Of a stretch of 26,978 nt of DNA, positions 15,662 through 24,553 are shown piece by piece. A program made the translations under genes and the position numbers. Origin of the DNA: a virus (lineage: Duplodnaviria; Caudoviricetes); the IMG/VR virus record IMGVR_UViG_3300005764_000069, positions 1 through 26,978 of that record; one strand, 5' to 3'. The notes beneath the pieces are model-generated. The model was not told where the DNA came from. It worked only from the letters and a program-made list of their open reading frames with translations, and did not search any database. Numbering within the stretch: the first letter of the stretch is position 1; every line of letters starts with the position of its first letter.

Positions 15662-16262
15662 GCGCGGCCAACTCTATCAGGACTTTGTGATCGACGAGTG
15701 CTTCCGGCGTGGGTTGGTGATCGTTCAGTGGACAAGCAAGGTCTATCAATTGAGCGAGGGCGAATCCAAAAGCCTACACGAGATCAAGTTTGACGATCGC
15801 TTTGAACAAACGGGCAACCTTTGGATTGAGATCAAAGAGAAGAGCCACCCGCTTGATCCCGATTGGATCGAATCGGGGATCTATCGGCCTCACTGTAACG
15901 AGTTGGTGATTGGTAACTTCGACGTCTTTTATCGGTTGCCGGTCCGCACGTTGCGGCAATTGCACACGCTCAACCCGGACGGCTATCCGATCATCCCGAA
16001 CCATTTAGAGACGAGCCTCGGCTTTCTCTTGAGTGGCAACGAGGCGAAGCGCCACGCGGTCGACGTCTATGTGATCAATCAGAGAAGCGAGACGGTGCGC
16101 CGCCTGAAAGAGCGCAACCGCATCACGCGACGGATTGCCGCGCAGCATATGCGCGAGCTCTTCGATCAACGCGCGGACGCGCGACGCCCGAGGCTTGCGC
16201 CCGATCCCCGGCAACCGCAGATCTTTGGGTCCTTCCGAAGCAAGGGCACGCTGAACGGGTAA
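15630..16262 (+). CDS. Putative PD-(D/E)XK nuclease-like protein
   Basis: EIKFD...TGNLWIE...SGI pattern; overlaps the MTase 3' end. Confidence 0.6.
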   Translation: MATNYYKAQLERGQLYQDFVIDECFRRGLVIVQWTSKVYQLSEGESKSLHEIKFDDRFEQTGNLWIEIKEKSHPLDPDWIESGIYRPHCNELVIGNFDVFYRLPVRTLRQLHTLNPDGYPIIPNHLETSLGFLLSGNEAKRHAVDVYVINQRSETVRRLKERNRITRRIAAQHMRELFDQRADARRPRLAPDPRQPQIFGSFRSKGTLNG

Positions 16263-16290
16263 CGCGCAACGGCGGGGGAGGTCTAGCGCC
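16227..16290 (+). other. Possible cos (packaging) region
   Basis: GGGTCCT (identical to lambda cosQ), then ACGGGTAACG resembling the lambda sequence just left of the cosN nick; GpA-type terminase downstream. Confidence 0.35.
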
Positions 16291-16323
16291 AGAAAAAAGA
16301 TCCGTTTTCAACAACAACGATAG

Positions 16324-16527
16324 CCGGAACATAAACGAGGAAAGAGCGGGACGCGAAAATATGGCCGCAACGAGGCGAAGTGTAAGGCCTACCGCGTCGA
16401 TCGCGCCGGACCGAACAAGCTTCGCAAACTACGGCGGCACCTTGCCCGGCATGTGGGCGACGGGTGCGCGCTCGACGCGCTACTCAAAGCGCGAGGACTA
16501 ACGAAAGCACGGGAGGAAACATCATGA
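16324..16527 (+). CDS. Basic hypothetical protein lacking a canonical start (PEHKRGKSGTRKYGRNEAKCKAYR...)
   Basis: 67 open codons ending in an ATGA overlap with the next gene; preceded by ATAG where ATG would be expected. Confidence 0.5.
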   Translation, partial: PEHKRGKSGTRKYGRNEAKCKAYRVDRAGPNKLRKLRRHLARHVGDGCALDALLKARGLTKAREETS

Positions 16528-16652
16528 TCAGGACCGGACTTTTGATCGCCGCGATCGTCATTTTCGTGATCGAGGCCGCGCGCTCGAAATCATTGATCGC
16601 CGCCGGGCTCGCGGTGCTCGCGGCCTCTTTCTTTTTCGCAGGCGGAAAATGA
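16524..16652 (+). CDS. 42-aa two-helix membrane protein
   Basis: GGAGG RBS; two hydrophobic segments; ATGA overlaps. Confidence 0.7.
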   Translation: MIRTGLLIAAIVIFVIEAARSKSLIAAGLAVLAASFFFAGGK

Positions 16653-17260
16653 TTAACACCCGGATGACGATCAAGATCGCGGGCTCAACGGCCCTCGATA
16701 AACAAACGACGTTCGCCTTAGCCTCGGCGCTCACCGCGACGGCGAAAGAGATCCAAGCGGGCGTCATTCAAGAGATCGAATCGGGCTTCACGGTCCGGAC
16801 CGGGTGGGACAAACCGTCGAATATTTTCGGCGTGCGGATCAAGCCCGCGACGAAACAAGATCTCTCGGCGTGGATCGGCACCGCGGCGGACTGGCTCGAA
16901 AAGTTCGTCCAAAAGCCCGCGGGATCCTTTGTGATGAAAACACCCGCGGGCGATTTCCTCGCGATCCCGACAAAGAACGTCAAGCGCACGAAGCGCGAGA
17001 TCATCACGAAGGCGCAACGCCCGCGGGCCCTCGTGGGCAAACGTGATTTTGTGATCGTCACAAAGCGCGGAGTGCGCGTGCTCTTTCAGCGCAAGGGCCG
17101 CGGCAAAGCCTCGCGCCTCGTGGCGCTTTATATCCTCGTCCCGCGCGCGCGGATCCGGGAGAAGGATTTTTTAGGCGCGCCCACGGAGCGGATCTTTGCC
17201 CGGCGCTTTGGGCCAATCTTCGAGGCCGCCGTCGCCAAGGCCTTCGCGACGGCGCGGTGA
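16649..17260 (+). CDS. Putative tail-completion (gpZ-like) protein
   Basis: Basic protein, ALASALTATAKEIQ...FTVRT...; inferred from similarity recall and position. Confidence 0.5.
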   Translation: MINTRMTIKIAGSTALDKQTTFALASALTATAKEIQAGVIQEIESGFTVRTGWDKPSNIFGVRIKPATKQDLSAWIGTAADWLEKFVQKPAGSFVMKTPAGDFLAIPTKNVKRTKREIITKAQRPRALVGKRDFVIVTKRGVRVLFQRKGRGKASRLVALYILVPRARIREKDFLGAPTERIFARRFGPIFEAAVAKAFATAR

Positions 17261-17388
17261 TCATCCGGCCGCAAGTTTGGCGCGCGCCTGACGGCTCACG
17301 GCCGATCACTTATGCGATCTTTTCGGGCGGGACCTTTGTTTGTTACGCGCGAACCTTTTGCGGGGCCGCGCGCGCGCTTGAGGAAATC

Positions 17389-18621
17389 ATGAGGACCGAC
17401 GGCGTTAAGAAACTAAAAACGATCGAGGATCTGAGCTTCGACGATAAGAACGCCAACCGCGGCACCGATCGCGGCCGGGCCTTCGCCGGTCACTCGCTCG
17501 ATCGTTACGGCGCAGGCCGATCGGTGCTCACGGACCGGCGCGGCAAATTGATTGCCGGAAACAAGATCGGCGAGCAAGCCCGCGCGCGCGGCCTTGAGAT
17601 CCTCGTGGTCCCGACACGCGGCGATCAACTCGTGGTCGTGCAACGCACCGATCTCGATATGGACCGGGATCCCGCGGCGCGCGAGTTGGCGATTGCAGAC
17701 AACCGCGGCGGCGAGCTCGGGCTTGAGTGGGATCCCGAGATCCTCGACGTGCTACAACAAGAGGGCGTCAACCTCGATCAAATGTTCACCGCGGCCGAGC
17801 TCGACGAGCTCGCGAGCGTCGAGGCCCCGGCCACCGGCGAGGACGCCCCGGCCGCGGAGTTGATCGATCGCGCGGCCGAGCTCAACAAAAAATGGAAAGT
17901 TAAGCGCGGGCAAGTTTGGGCGATCGGCGATCACCGGCTCGCCTGCGGCGATGCCACGGACCGGCGCGACATCGCTCTTTTATTCGACGGCCCGATCGAC
18001 GCCGTGATCACGGATCCGCCGTATTGCTCGGGCGGGTTTCAAGAGGCGGGCAAGGCCTCGGGATCGATCGGCCGCCGCGGTAAACACCGGATCGCAAACG
18101 ACACGCTTTCCACCCGTGGCTATATCGCGCTTTTGAAAACGGTCTTGAGCAATGTGGGCGCGGGCGTGCTCTACATTTTCACGGACTGGCGCATGTGGAT
18201 CAATCTCTTCGACGTGGCCGAGAGCTCGGGCTACGGCGTGCGAAACATGATCGTGTGGGACAAGGGGACGCCCGGTATGGGCCAAGGGTGGCGCTCTCAA
18301 CATGAATTGATCTTGTGCGCGATGCGGGTGGTCCAACCTTTCGATCCCCACAAGGCGCAGGGCAACGTCGTCCAGATCGCGCGCACCGGCAACGTGAATC
18401 ACCCCACGGAAAAACCCGTCGAGTTAATCAAGACGCTTTTATCCGTCACGGATATCGCGCGCACGATTTACGATCCGTTCTGCGGGAGTGGTCCAACGTT
18501 GATCGCTTGCGAGGCGATGCACCGGACCGGCTTTGCGATGGATCTCGATCCGAAGTTCTGCGCCGTTACGCTTGAGCGCCTCACCTTGGCCGGTCTCAAG
18601 CCTGAATTGATGAAGAGGTGA
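17389..18621 (+). CDS. ParB-like N-terminus fused to N4/N6 DNA methyltransferase
   Basis: NAN...SL..YGAGRS...IAGN; TDPPY, HPTEKP and DPFCGSG; GAGGA RBS before ATG 17389. Confidence 0.9.
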   Translation: MRTDGVKKLKTIEDLSFDDKNANRGTDRGRAFAGHSLDRYGAGRSVLTDRRGKLIAGNKIGEQARARGLEILVVPTRGDQLVVVQRTDLDMDRDPAARELAIADNRGGELGLEWDPEILDVLQQEGVNLDQMFTAAELDELASVEAPATGEDAPAAELIDRAAELNKKWKVKRGQVWAIGDHRLACGDATDRRDIALLFDGPIDAVITDPPYCSGGFQEAGKASGSIGRRGKHRIANDTLSTRGYIALLKTVLSNVGAGVLYIFTDWRMWINLFDVAESSGYGVRNMIVWDKGTPGMGQGWRSQHELILCAMRVVQPFDPHKAQGNVVQIARTGNVNHPTEKPVELIKTLLSVTDIARTIYDPFCGSGPTLIACEAMHRTGFAMDLDPKFCAVTLERLTLAGLKPELMKR

Positions 18622-18725
18622 AAACGACCAAAAAAGGTCCATGCTATCGCCTTGCCCGCCTCGGAAAAACGCGTCACAGGGCGATTATGCGCGACGTTTT
18701 TTGGCCGATCCGGCAAAAATGAAGC

Positions 18726-19193
18726 ATGGCGGCAAAAAGAGCACCAACGGCCTCGATCTCGGCCCTGCACCGGCGGACCGGTTTATCACGCGCCACGATC
18801 GCCGAGCGTCTCGACGCGGCCGGGATCAAACCAAAGATCGATCGCCCGCGCGAGAAGCTTTACGACGAAGAGCGCGCGGCCGCGGCCCTCGGCAACGGGC
18901 GCGAGCCTTCGGGCCTGAATGAAGCGCGCCGCAAGAAAACGATCGCCGAGGCCGCGCGGATCACCCTCAAGCTACAACGCGAGCGCGGCGATCTCGTGGC
19001 CCTGAATGAAGTGCGCGAGCACCTCTTTCAATTCGTAAAGGCGATGCACACGAGGATCGCCCGCCGCTATCCCCGCGAGAATGCCAAGCGCCTGCGCCGG
19101 TGCCGCAGCGCCGCGGACCTTGCCCACACGATCGAGATCGATCTCTCGCTTATCTTTGAAGAGCTCAAACGAGACTATCCGCAGATCTTTTGA
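18726..19193 (+). CDS. terS: Terminase small subunit (Nu1-like)
   Basis: N-terminal HTH (SISALHRRTGLSRATI) and a coiled coil ending RERGDLV; upstream of terL. Confidence 0.8.
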   Translation: MAAKRAPTASISALHRRTGLSRATIAERLDAAGIKPKIDRPREKLYDEERAAAALGNGREPSGLNEARRKKTIAEAARITLKLQRERGDLVALNEVREHLFQFVKAMHTRIARRYPRENAKRLRRCRSAADLAHTIEIDLSLIFEELKRDYPQIF

Positions 19194-19211
19194 TGGAGGA
19201 AAAAACCAACG

Positions 19212-19427
19212 ATGCGAACCAAAGAGGAAACCCTCGATCACTTTCGTTATAAAGCGCCCACGGACGAAACCCGGCCACGCTTCGAGACCGTGACCGATCT
19301 CTTCATCAATGCGGCCGACACCTTGTGGGATCTAACGCCGGACGGTCCCGGCAAGACGCTTGCCTTCCGCAAACTCAGCGAGGCCCGGATGGCTTTCAAC
19401 TCAGCGATCGCTAACGGCGGACAGTGA
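19212..19427 (+). CDS. Acb2/Tad1-like small protein (putative nucleotide-signal sponge)
   Basis: F.Y..P...R...A...P.G..K.LA..KL.EA.M..N.AIA pattern; GGAGG RBS. Confidence 0.6.
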   Translation: MRTKEETLDHFRYKAPTDETRPRFETVTDLFINAADTLWDLTPDGPGKTLAFRKLSEARMAFNSAIANGGQ

Positions 19428-21403
19428 CACCCGCGGCCACGCTCACGATCGAATCTCTTTTCCGCGAAGCGATCGTCGCGGCGATCCCGGACGCGCGCCT
19501 CACGGTCAACGAGTGGGCCGATACATATCGCGTCGTTAGTCAGGGCCCCGAGGTGGGCGCACGGTGGCAAACCTCGCGGGTGCCTTTCCTGCGCGAGATC
19601 CTCGAATGCGCCACCGATCGCCGGGTGCGCGAGATCGTGCTTTGGTCCTCGTCGCGCGTGGGCAAGACCGAGGGTGTGCTTAACAACCTTGTGGGCTTTT
19701 TCATGCACACGGATCCGTGTCCGATCATGATGGTCCAACCGACGCTTGATATGGCCGAGAAGTATTCGCGCGATCGCCTCACCTCTTTGATCCGCGAGAC
19801 GCCGGTGCTTCGCGATCTCGTCGAGGATCCGCGCGCGCGAGACTCGGGCAACACGCTACTTCATAAAACGTTCCGCGGCGGGCACATTTCGATCGTGGGT
19901 GCTAACTCACCGGTGGGCCTCGCCTCGGAAGATATCCGGGTCCTATTGCTCGACGAGGTGGATCGCTTTCCGCAAAGCGCCGGGGCCGAGGGTGATCCGG
20001 TGGCCCTCGCTCGGGTCCGGACGCGCAACTTTGCCGCCATGCTCGACGCCCTCGTGGTCATGACGAGCTCGCCCACGATCGCCGGACAGTCACGGATCGC
20101 CCGCGCCTATGATGCCAGCGATCGCCGCCGTCTTTTTGTTCAGTGTCCGGCCTGCGATGCGTGGCAGGAGCCACTCTGGCAGAACGTCAAATGGTCCGAT
20201 CTCGATCTGGCCCCGGCCGACGCCGTCTATGTTTGCCCGGAGTGCGAAGCGCAGATCCGCGACGAGGACAAAGAGGAATTGACCAAGCGCTACGCGTGGA
20301 TCGCCGAGCGCGAGCTCGCGGGCGTCGCCGGTTTCAAATTGCCGGGCACGGTCTCGCCGTGGGTCTCGTGGGGTGAGATGGCCGAAGAGGTGACGCGCGC
20401 GGCCCACGAGCACTCGCTCACGCAAAAACAGGTCTTTGTAAACACGACGCTCGGCGAGCTTTGGGAACCGTGGGAAGAGATCGACAAAGAGGATCTAGAA
20501 TTCCGGCAAGAGGAATATAAGGCCGAGGTCCCGGCGGGCGTGGTCCTCTTAACCTTCGCCGTTGACGTACAGATCGATCGGCTCGAAGTGGAGATCGCCG
20601 GGTGGGGCGTGGGCGATGAACGGTGGTCGATCGACTATCAGATCTTGCGCGGTGATCCGGCGCGCGTCTCGGCCGAGGGTGAGATCACCGTGTGGGACGA
20701 GCTCACGCGCTATCTTGAGCGGGACTGGCGGCACGAGCTCGGCGTCGCGATGCGGGTGCGGTGCGGGTGCATCGATTCGGGCGGCGCTTATACCGACGCC
20801 GTTTATAAGTTCTGTAAGCGCGCGGCCGGGCGGCGTAAGCTTTGGTGGGCCGTCAAAGGATCGTCGATACCGGGCAAACCGATCGCGCCCAAAAAACCCT
20901 CGCGAGTGGGCCGGGAGAATGTGGCCTTGCGAACGATCGGCACGGAGGCGGCCAAGGCCCGGATCGCGGCGACGCTGAAATCCGGATGGTCCAAAGACCG
21001 CGAGTGGATCGGCGGGCCCGCCTCTTACCATTTTCCGGCGCACTACACGGCGGACTATTTCGATCAATTGACGAGCGAGCGCGCCGTGCAAACTTATCAC
21101 CGGGGATTCCCGGTCAAGCGGTGGGAGCTTAAGCCCGGCGCGCGTAACGAAGCATGGGACGATCTCGTTTACAACCTCGCGGCAAAAGAGATCCTAAAAC
21201 CAAACTTGAAACACTATCGCGAGCTCTTGCTTGAGCGCGCCGAGGCGGCGAAAACGGGGCAAGGGCCGCCGAAGCCCGAGCGCGGACCGGGCGAGGGCGA
21301 GGACCGGGGCGGCGACGAAGGGCCCACGAGTGGACCACGAGCACCGGCCGGGCGGCCTTTCAGAATGCCGCGAAGGCGCGGCGGATTCGTGCACAATTGG
21401 TGA
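19424..21403 (+). CDS. terL: Terminase large subunit, lambda GpA family
   Basis: Walker A SSRVGKTE, Walker B LLLDEVD, SSPT, two CPxC motifs, VDVQ, IDSGG and RNEAWD. Confidence 0.96.
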   Translation: MTPAATLTIESLFREAIVAAIPDARLTVNEWADTYRVVSQGPEVGARWQTSRVPFLREILECATDRRVREIVLWSSSRVGKTEGVLNNLVGFFMHTDPCPIMMVQPTLDMAEKYSRDRLTSLIRETPVLRDLVEDPRARDSGNTLLHKTFRGGHISIVGANSPVGLASEDIRVLLLDEVDRFPQSAGAEGDPVALARVRTRNFAAMLDALVVMTSSPTIAGQSRIARAYDASDRRRLFVQCPACDAWQEPLWQNVKWSDLDLAPADAVYVCPECEAQIRDEDKEELTKRYAWIAERELAGVAGFKLPGTVSPWVSWGEMAEEVTRAAHEHSLTQKQVFVNTTLGELWEPWEEIDKEDLEFRQEEYKAEVPAGVVLLTFAVDVQIDRLEVEIAGWGVGDERWSIDYQILRGDPARVSAEGEITVWDELTRYLERDWRHELGVAMRVRCGCIDSGGAYTDAVYKFCKRAAGRRKLWWAVKGSSIPGKPIAPKKPSRVGRENVALRTIGTEAAKARIAATLKSGWSKDREWIGGPASYHFPAHYTADYFDQLTSERAVQTYHRGFPVKRWELKPGARNEAWDDLVYNLAAKEILKPNLKHYRELLLERAEAAKTGQGPPKPERGPGEGEDRGGDEGPTSGPRAPAGRPFRMPRRRGGFVHNW

Positions 21404-21446
21404 TCGGTCCGGCATAATGGTCCCCGAGGAAAGGAAAGCCCACACA

Positions 21447-21878
21447 ATGAAAACGATCACAGTATTGATCCTCGTCGCCCTCGGCGGCCTCGGCGCGCCG
21501 CAGGCCTGCGAGCCCGCAAACATAAGCGTCAAAGAGGTGGCCGCCTATCGCTTCGCCGGGCGGCAATGGAAAGCGATCACGGTCCCGGCGAAGCTTTCGC
21601 GCGAGTGCTTGATCGCGCTCGCCGAATCGATGCACGCCAACGAGCCCGCGACGGCGTTTGAATTTTTCGACGCCGAGTCTAAGGATCTTCACCTCTATCT
21701 AAATTGTGAAAGCTCGGGCGACGAGAAGGCGATCGCCTGCAAACTCTATTCACAAAAATGGATCGACAAACATCTAATCGCCGCGGTCCAACCTTGGGAT
21801 CATTGCGGGACGTGGACACTTCTCACCGGCAAACGCGAATCGATCAAGCGCCTCGAAGCGGAACGTTGCGCCCGGTAA
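21447..21878 (+). CDS. Secreted/periplasmic protein (moron-like)
   Basis: Signal peptide MKTITVLILVALGGLGAPQA; own RBS (AGGAAAGGA) and a CATAAT upstream; six Cys. Confidence 0.75.
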   Translation: MKTITVLILVALGGLGAPQACEPANISVKEVAAYRFAGRQWKAITVPAKLSRECLIALAESMHANEPATAFEFFDAESKDLHLYLNCESSGDEKAIACKLYSQKWIDKHLIAAVQPWDHCGTWTLLTGKRESIKRLEAERCAR

Positions 21879-22024
21879 AAGGGCCGGACGGTCTTTATCA
21901 GGTGACCACGCGATATCTTTGCGCCGGGTTCGTGATCGAACGCGGGCGCGTGATCATGTGTGCGCCGATCCTGAAACCCACGATCGCTTTTTGGTTTTCG
22001 ATCGCGAAGTGGATCGCGCCCTGA
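21866..22024 (+). CDS. Small hypothetical protein (LYQV...CAGFVI..G.V...APIL)
   Basis: TTG start overlapping the upstream stop region; protein-like C-terminal part of ORF 21758..22024. Confidence 0.5.
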   Translation: MRPVKGPDGLYQVTTRYLCAGFVIERGRVIMCAPILKPTIAFWFSIAKWIAP

Positions 22025-22138
22025 AAAAAAAACGCACCGGCCCGCACGCCGCGTCGCGCGGGTGTATGATCTCCCCGGTTGCCAATTGTCGCTTGATCCA
22101 AATTTCCTGAAGGGTGTGGGCTTTTCAGGATAGGGGAG

Positions 22139-22176
22139 GGCCGGACCGGTTGCCCTGTTACCGGCCCGGCCTTTTT
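22139..22176 (+). terminator. Rho-independent terminator
   Basis: GGCCGGACCGGT/ACCGGCCCGGCC (11 of 12 paired) plus T5. Confidence 0.7.
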
Positions 22177-22272
22177 GTATGAAGCAAGAGCGCCTCGCGT
22201 TTTGGTTTGTGTGGTCGATCTGGCTCGTGATCCTCGCGGCCCTCGCCGCCGCTCTCTATTGGTTTTTCCGCA

Positions 22273-22316
22273 AGTGACACGCGCGGCCACAAAGCGCCGC
22301 CGCCTTCGTGTAGTCT
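22273..22316 (+). promoter_or_regulatory. Putative late promoter 1
   Basis: AGTGACAC-N8-ACAAA with TAGTCT 38 nt after the motif start; same geometry at 24501. Confidence 0.55.
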
Positions 22317-22326
22317 CCCGCTCGTT

Positions 22327-22872
22327 ATGAGCGAGACCACGGCCGATCCCGTCGATCCCGGCGACAAGAAAACATTTACGCAGGATTACACCGCGCTCTT
22401 AGGCGAGATCTCAGCCACGGAAAAGATCGTCGCTTCGGCGTGGTCCGTGCCCGATGGTCTCACAGTAATGAGCGAGGCCTTCGACGATACCTCGGCCACG
22501 ATCAAGATCGATTTTGCCAACGCCGCGATCGGCGTGAACTACTCTTGCTATAACGAGATCACAACGGACTCCGGCGAGGCGCGCCGCCGCGCGCTCGTGA
22601 TCCCGGTCCGGGACTCCGCGAGCTTTAGCGCCAACGCCGCCGAGTACAAGGCAACCCTCGACGCCATCCGGGCGGCGATCGCAAAGACGGCCACGCGCGG
22701 TCAATTGCGCCGTCAGATCGGCGATAAAACGATCGAGTGGATGAGCGTCGAGGAATTGATGAAGGCCGAGACGCGATTCCAGCAACTTTACAACGACGCC
22801 AAGCGCGCCGAGCGCGTCGCGCAGGGCGGATCCTTTATGACCACGATCCGCACGCGCTTTGTTGACTGCTAA
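22327..22872 (+). CDS. Beta-sandwich adaptor domain fused to gpW-like head completion domain
   Basis: N-terminal DPGD...DY...W...Y...N.ITT.SG...R. C-terminal LDAI.AAI...QIGDKTIEW.S.EELMK. Located between terL and portal. Confidence 0.65.
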   Translation: MSETTADPVDPGDKKTFTQDYTALLGEISATEKIVASAWSVPDGLTVMSEAFDDTSATIKIDFANAAIGVNYSCYNEITTDSGEARRRALVIPVRDSASFSANAAEYKATLDAIRAAIAKTATRGQLRRQIGDKTIEWMSVEELMKAETRFQQLYNDAKRAERVAQGGSFMTTIRTRFVDC

Positions 22873-22883
22873 GGGGCGAAGCG

Positions 22884-24500
22884 ATGCACCCGAAGATCCG
22901 GCGATTCCTGAAAGCGATCGGCATTGAGATCGGCAGGCCTGCGGCCCCGGCGAGTTATCACCGGCGCACCTACAAGGCGGCCATCCCTTCAAACCTGACG
23001 GCCGATTGGTCCGTGGCGCAAACCTCGGCCAACATGGAGATCCGCCGCTCGTTGCGAAATCTGCGCGCCCGCTCCCGCGAGCTCTACCGCAATAAGGGCG
23101 TCATGAAAAAATTTCTTTCGATGATCTCGGCGAACGTGATCGGGCCGGACGGGATCGTGTTGCGGGTGCAATTTGATCCGCACGGCAATTCGACCACGGA
23201 GCGCGACAAAGCGATCGCCCTGATGATCGAGGACGCGTTCAAAGAGTGGGGCGCGCCCGAGACCGCGAGCACCTCGGGCAAGCTTTCGTTTATCGGACAA
23301 CAGTGTTACGCCCTGCGCTCGATGGCCCGCGACGGCGAGTTCCTATGCCGCGAGGTTACGGGCGCGCCGAATCGATTTGGTTACGCGCTCAACTTCCGCG
23401 ATCCGGCGTGGCTCGACGAAACCTTCTCGCAACTCTTGCCAAACGGCCACCGGGTGCTTATGTCCGTCGAGCTCGACGAAAACGATCGCCCGGTGCGCTA
23501 CTACCTCACGCGGCCAACCTCGGATTACATGGCGGCCGAGTATGGGCCCGAGGCGCGGATCCGTTTTCCACTCCCGGCCGATCAGGTGATCCACAAGTTT
23601 CTAGTCACTGAGGACGAGATCCAAACACGCGGGGTGCCGTGGGTGCACGCGGCGATGGACGATATTCACACGTTAGGCGGCATGATCGACGCCGAGCTCG
23701 CCGCCGCGCGCGCCGGGGCGTGCGTGACCGATTACTTGATGCCGCCGAAAGATGAAGATCAAGGCGACGCGCCCGAGGCGATGCCGAGCGATTTCGAGGC
23801 GGGCGCGATCCGCGAGCTTGAACCCGGAATCGCAATGGTCTTGCCCGCCGGGTGGGAAGCAAAGAGCAACGATCCGAAACACCCGAACGCCAACGTCCCG
23901 GACTTTATCAAAGAGGTCAAGCGCGATATCGCCTCGGGGCTTGAGGTCTCTTATGAATCGCTGGCAAACGATCGCGAGGGTGTCAACTACTCGTCGATCC
24001 GCGCCGGGCTTCTCGAAGAGCGGGACCTTTGGCGCATGTTGCAGATCTTCATGATTCAACATTTTTGCTCGCGCGTTTTCAAAAATTGGTTGCGGTCCGC
24101 GATGCTCACCGGGGCGATCGATCTTTCCCTGCGCGACTATGAACGGGTCCGCGATACGTGGCGGCCGCGCGGGTGGGATTGGGTGGATCCGCTCAAAGAT
24201 ATCCAAGCGGCGATCCTCGCGATCATGAACGGGCTCGAATCCCGGACGGACTACTGCGATCAACGCGGCGACGATTTCGTTGATAACGTGGCGAAGCTCG
24301 CGGCGGAAAATAAATTGCTCGAAGCGGCGGGCCTTCCGGTGCAACTCTCGGCCAAGCCCGAGCCAAAACCTAAAACGGAAAAAGAGCAACCGGCCGCAGG
24401 CGAGGGCGCGGACAAGGGGCAAGAGGGCGACGGCGAGAACGCCGATCGCGTGCTCCCGATCTTCGAATCCGTTTTGCTCCCGAGCACCCGCACACAATAG
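22884..24500 (+). CDS. Portal protein, lambda family
   Basis: LRARSREL.RN, RDGEFL, QTRGVPW, VNYSSIRAGLLE and WVDPLKD. Confidence 0.96.
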   Translation: MHPKIRRFLKAIGIEIGRPAAPASYHRRTYKAAIPSNLTADWSVAQTSANMEIRRSLRNLRARSRELYRNKGVMKKFLSMISANVIGPDGIVLRVQFDPHGNSTTERDKAIALMIEDAFKEWGAPETASTSGKLSFIGQQCYALRSMARDGEFLCREVTGAPNRFGYALNFRDPAWLDETFSQLLPNGHRVLMSVELDENDRPVRYYLTRPTSDYMAAEYGPEARIRFPLPADQVIHKFLVTEDEIQTRGVPWVHAAMDDIHTLGGMIDAELAAARAGACVTDYLMPPKDEDQGDAPEAMPSDFEAGAIRELEPGIAMVLPAGWEAKSNDPKHPNANVPDFIKEVKRDIASGLEVSYESLANDREGVNYSSIRAGLLEERDLWRMLQIFMIQHFCSRVFKNWLRSAMLTGAIDLSLRDYERVRDTWRPRGWDWVDPLKDIQAAILAIMNGLESRTDYCDQRGDDFVDNVAKLAAENKLLEAAGLPVQLSAKPEPKPKTEKEQPAAGEGADKGQEGDGENADRVLPIFESVLLPSTRTQ

Positions 24501-24544
24501 AGTGACACCCGGCGCGACAAACCCACGAGATCTTGTGGTTCAAT
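24501..24544 (+). promoter_or_regulatory. Putative late promoter 2
   Basis: AGTGACAC-N8-ACAAA with TTCAAT 38 nt after the motif start; ATG 24554 lies 9 nt later. Confidence 0.55.
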
Positions 24545-24553
24545 CCGCGGCCG

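Noticed and set aside
782-17388. N-terminal extensions in the ORF track (e.g. starts at 782, 11718, 12968, 14453, 17257)
   Set aside because: They mostly overlap upstream genes; downstream ATGs with an RBS or stop-start coupling fit the domain boundaries better.
21447-21510. Lipoprotein signal in the moron protein
   Set aside because: PQAC does not fit the L-[AS]-[AG]-C lipobox well; a standard signal peptide is more likely.
1681-23218. Cyanobacterial host inferred from HIP1 (GCGATCGC) frequency
   Set aside because: The enrichment extends to GATC/CGATCG generally and partly follows Ala-Ile-Ala codons; there are no other cyanophage markers.
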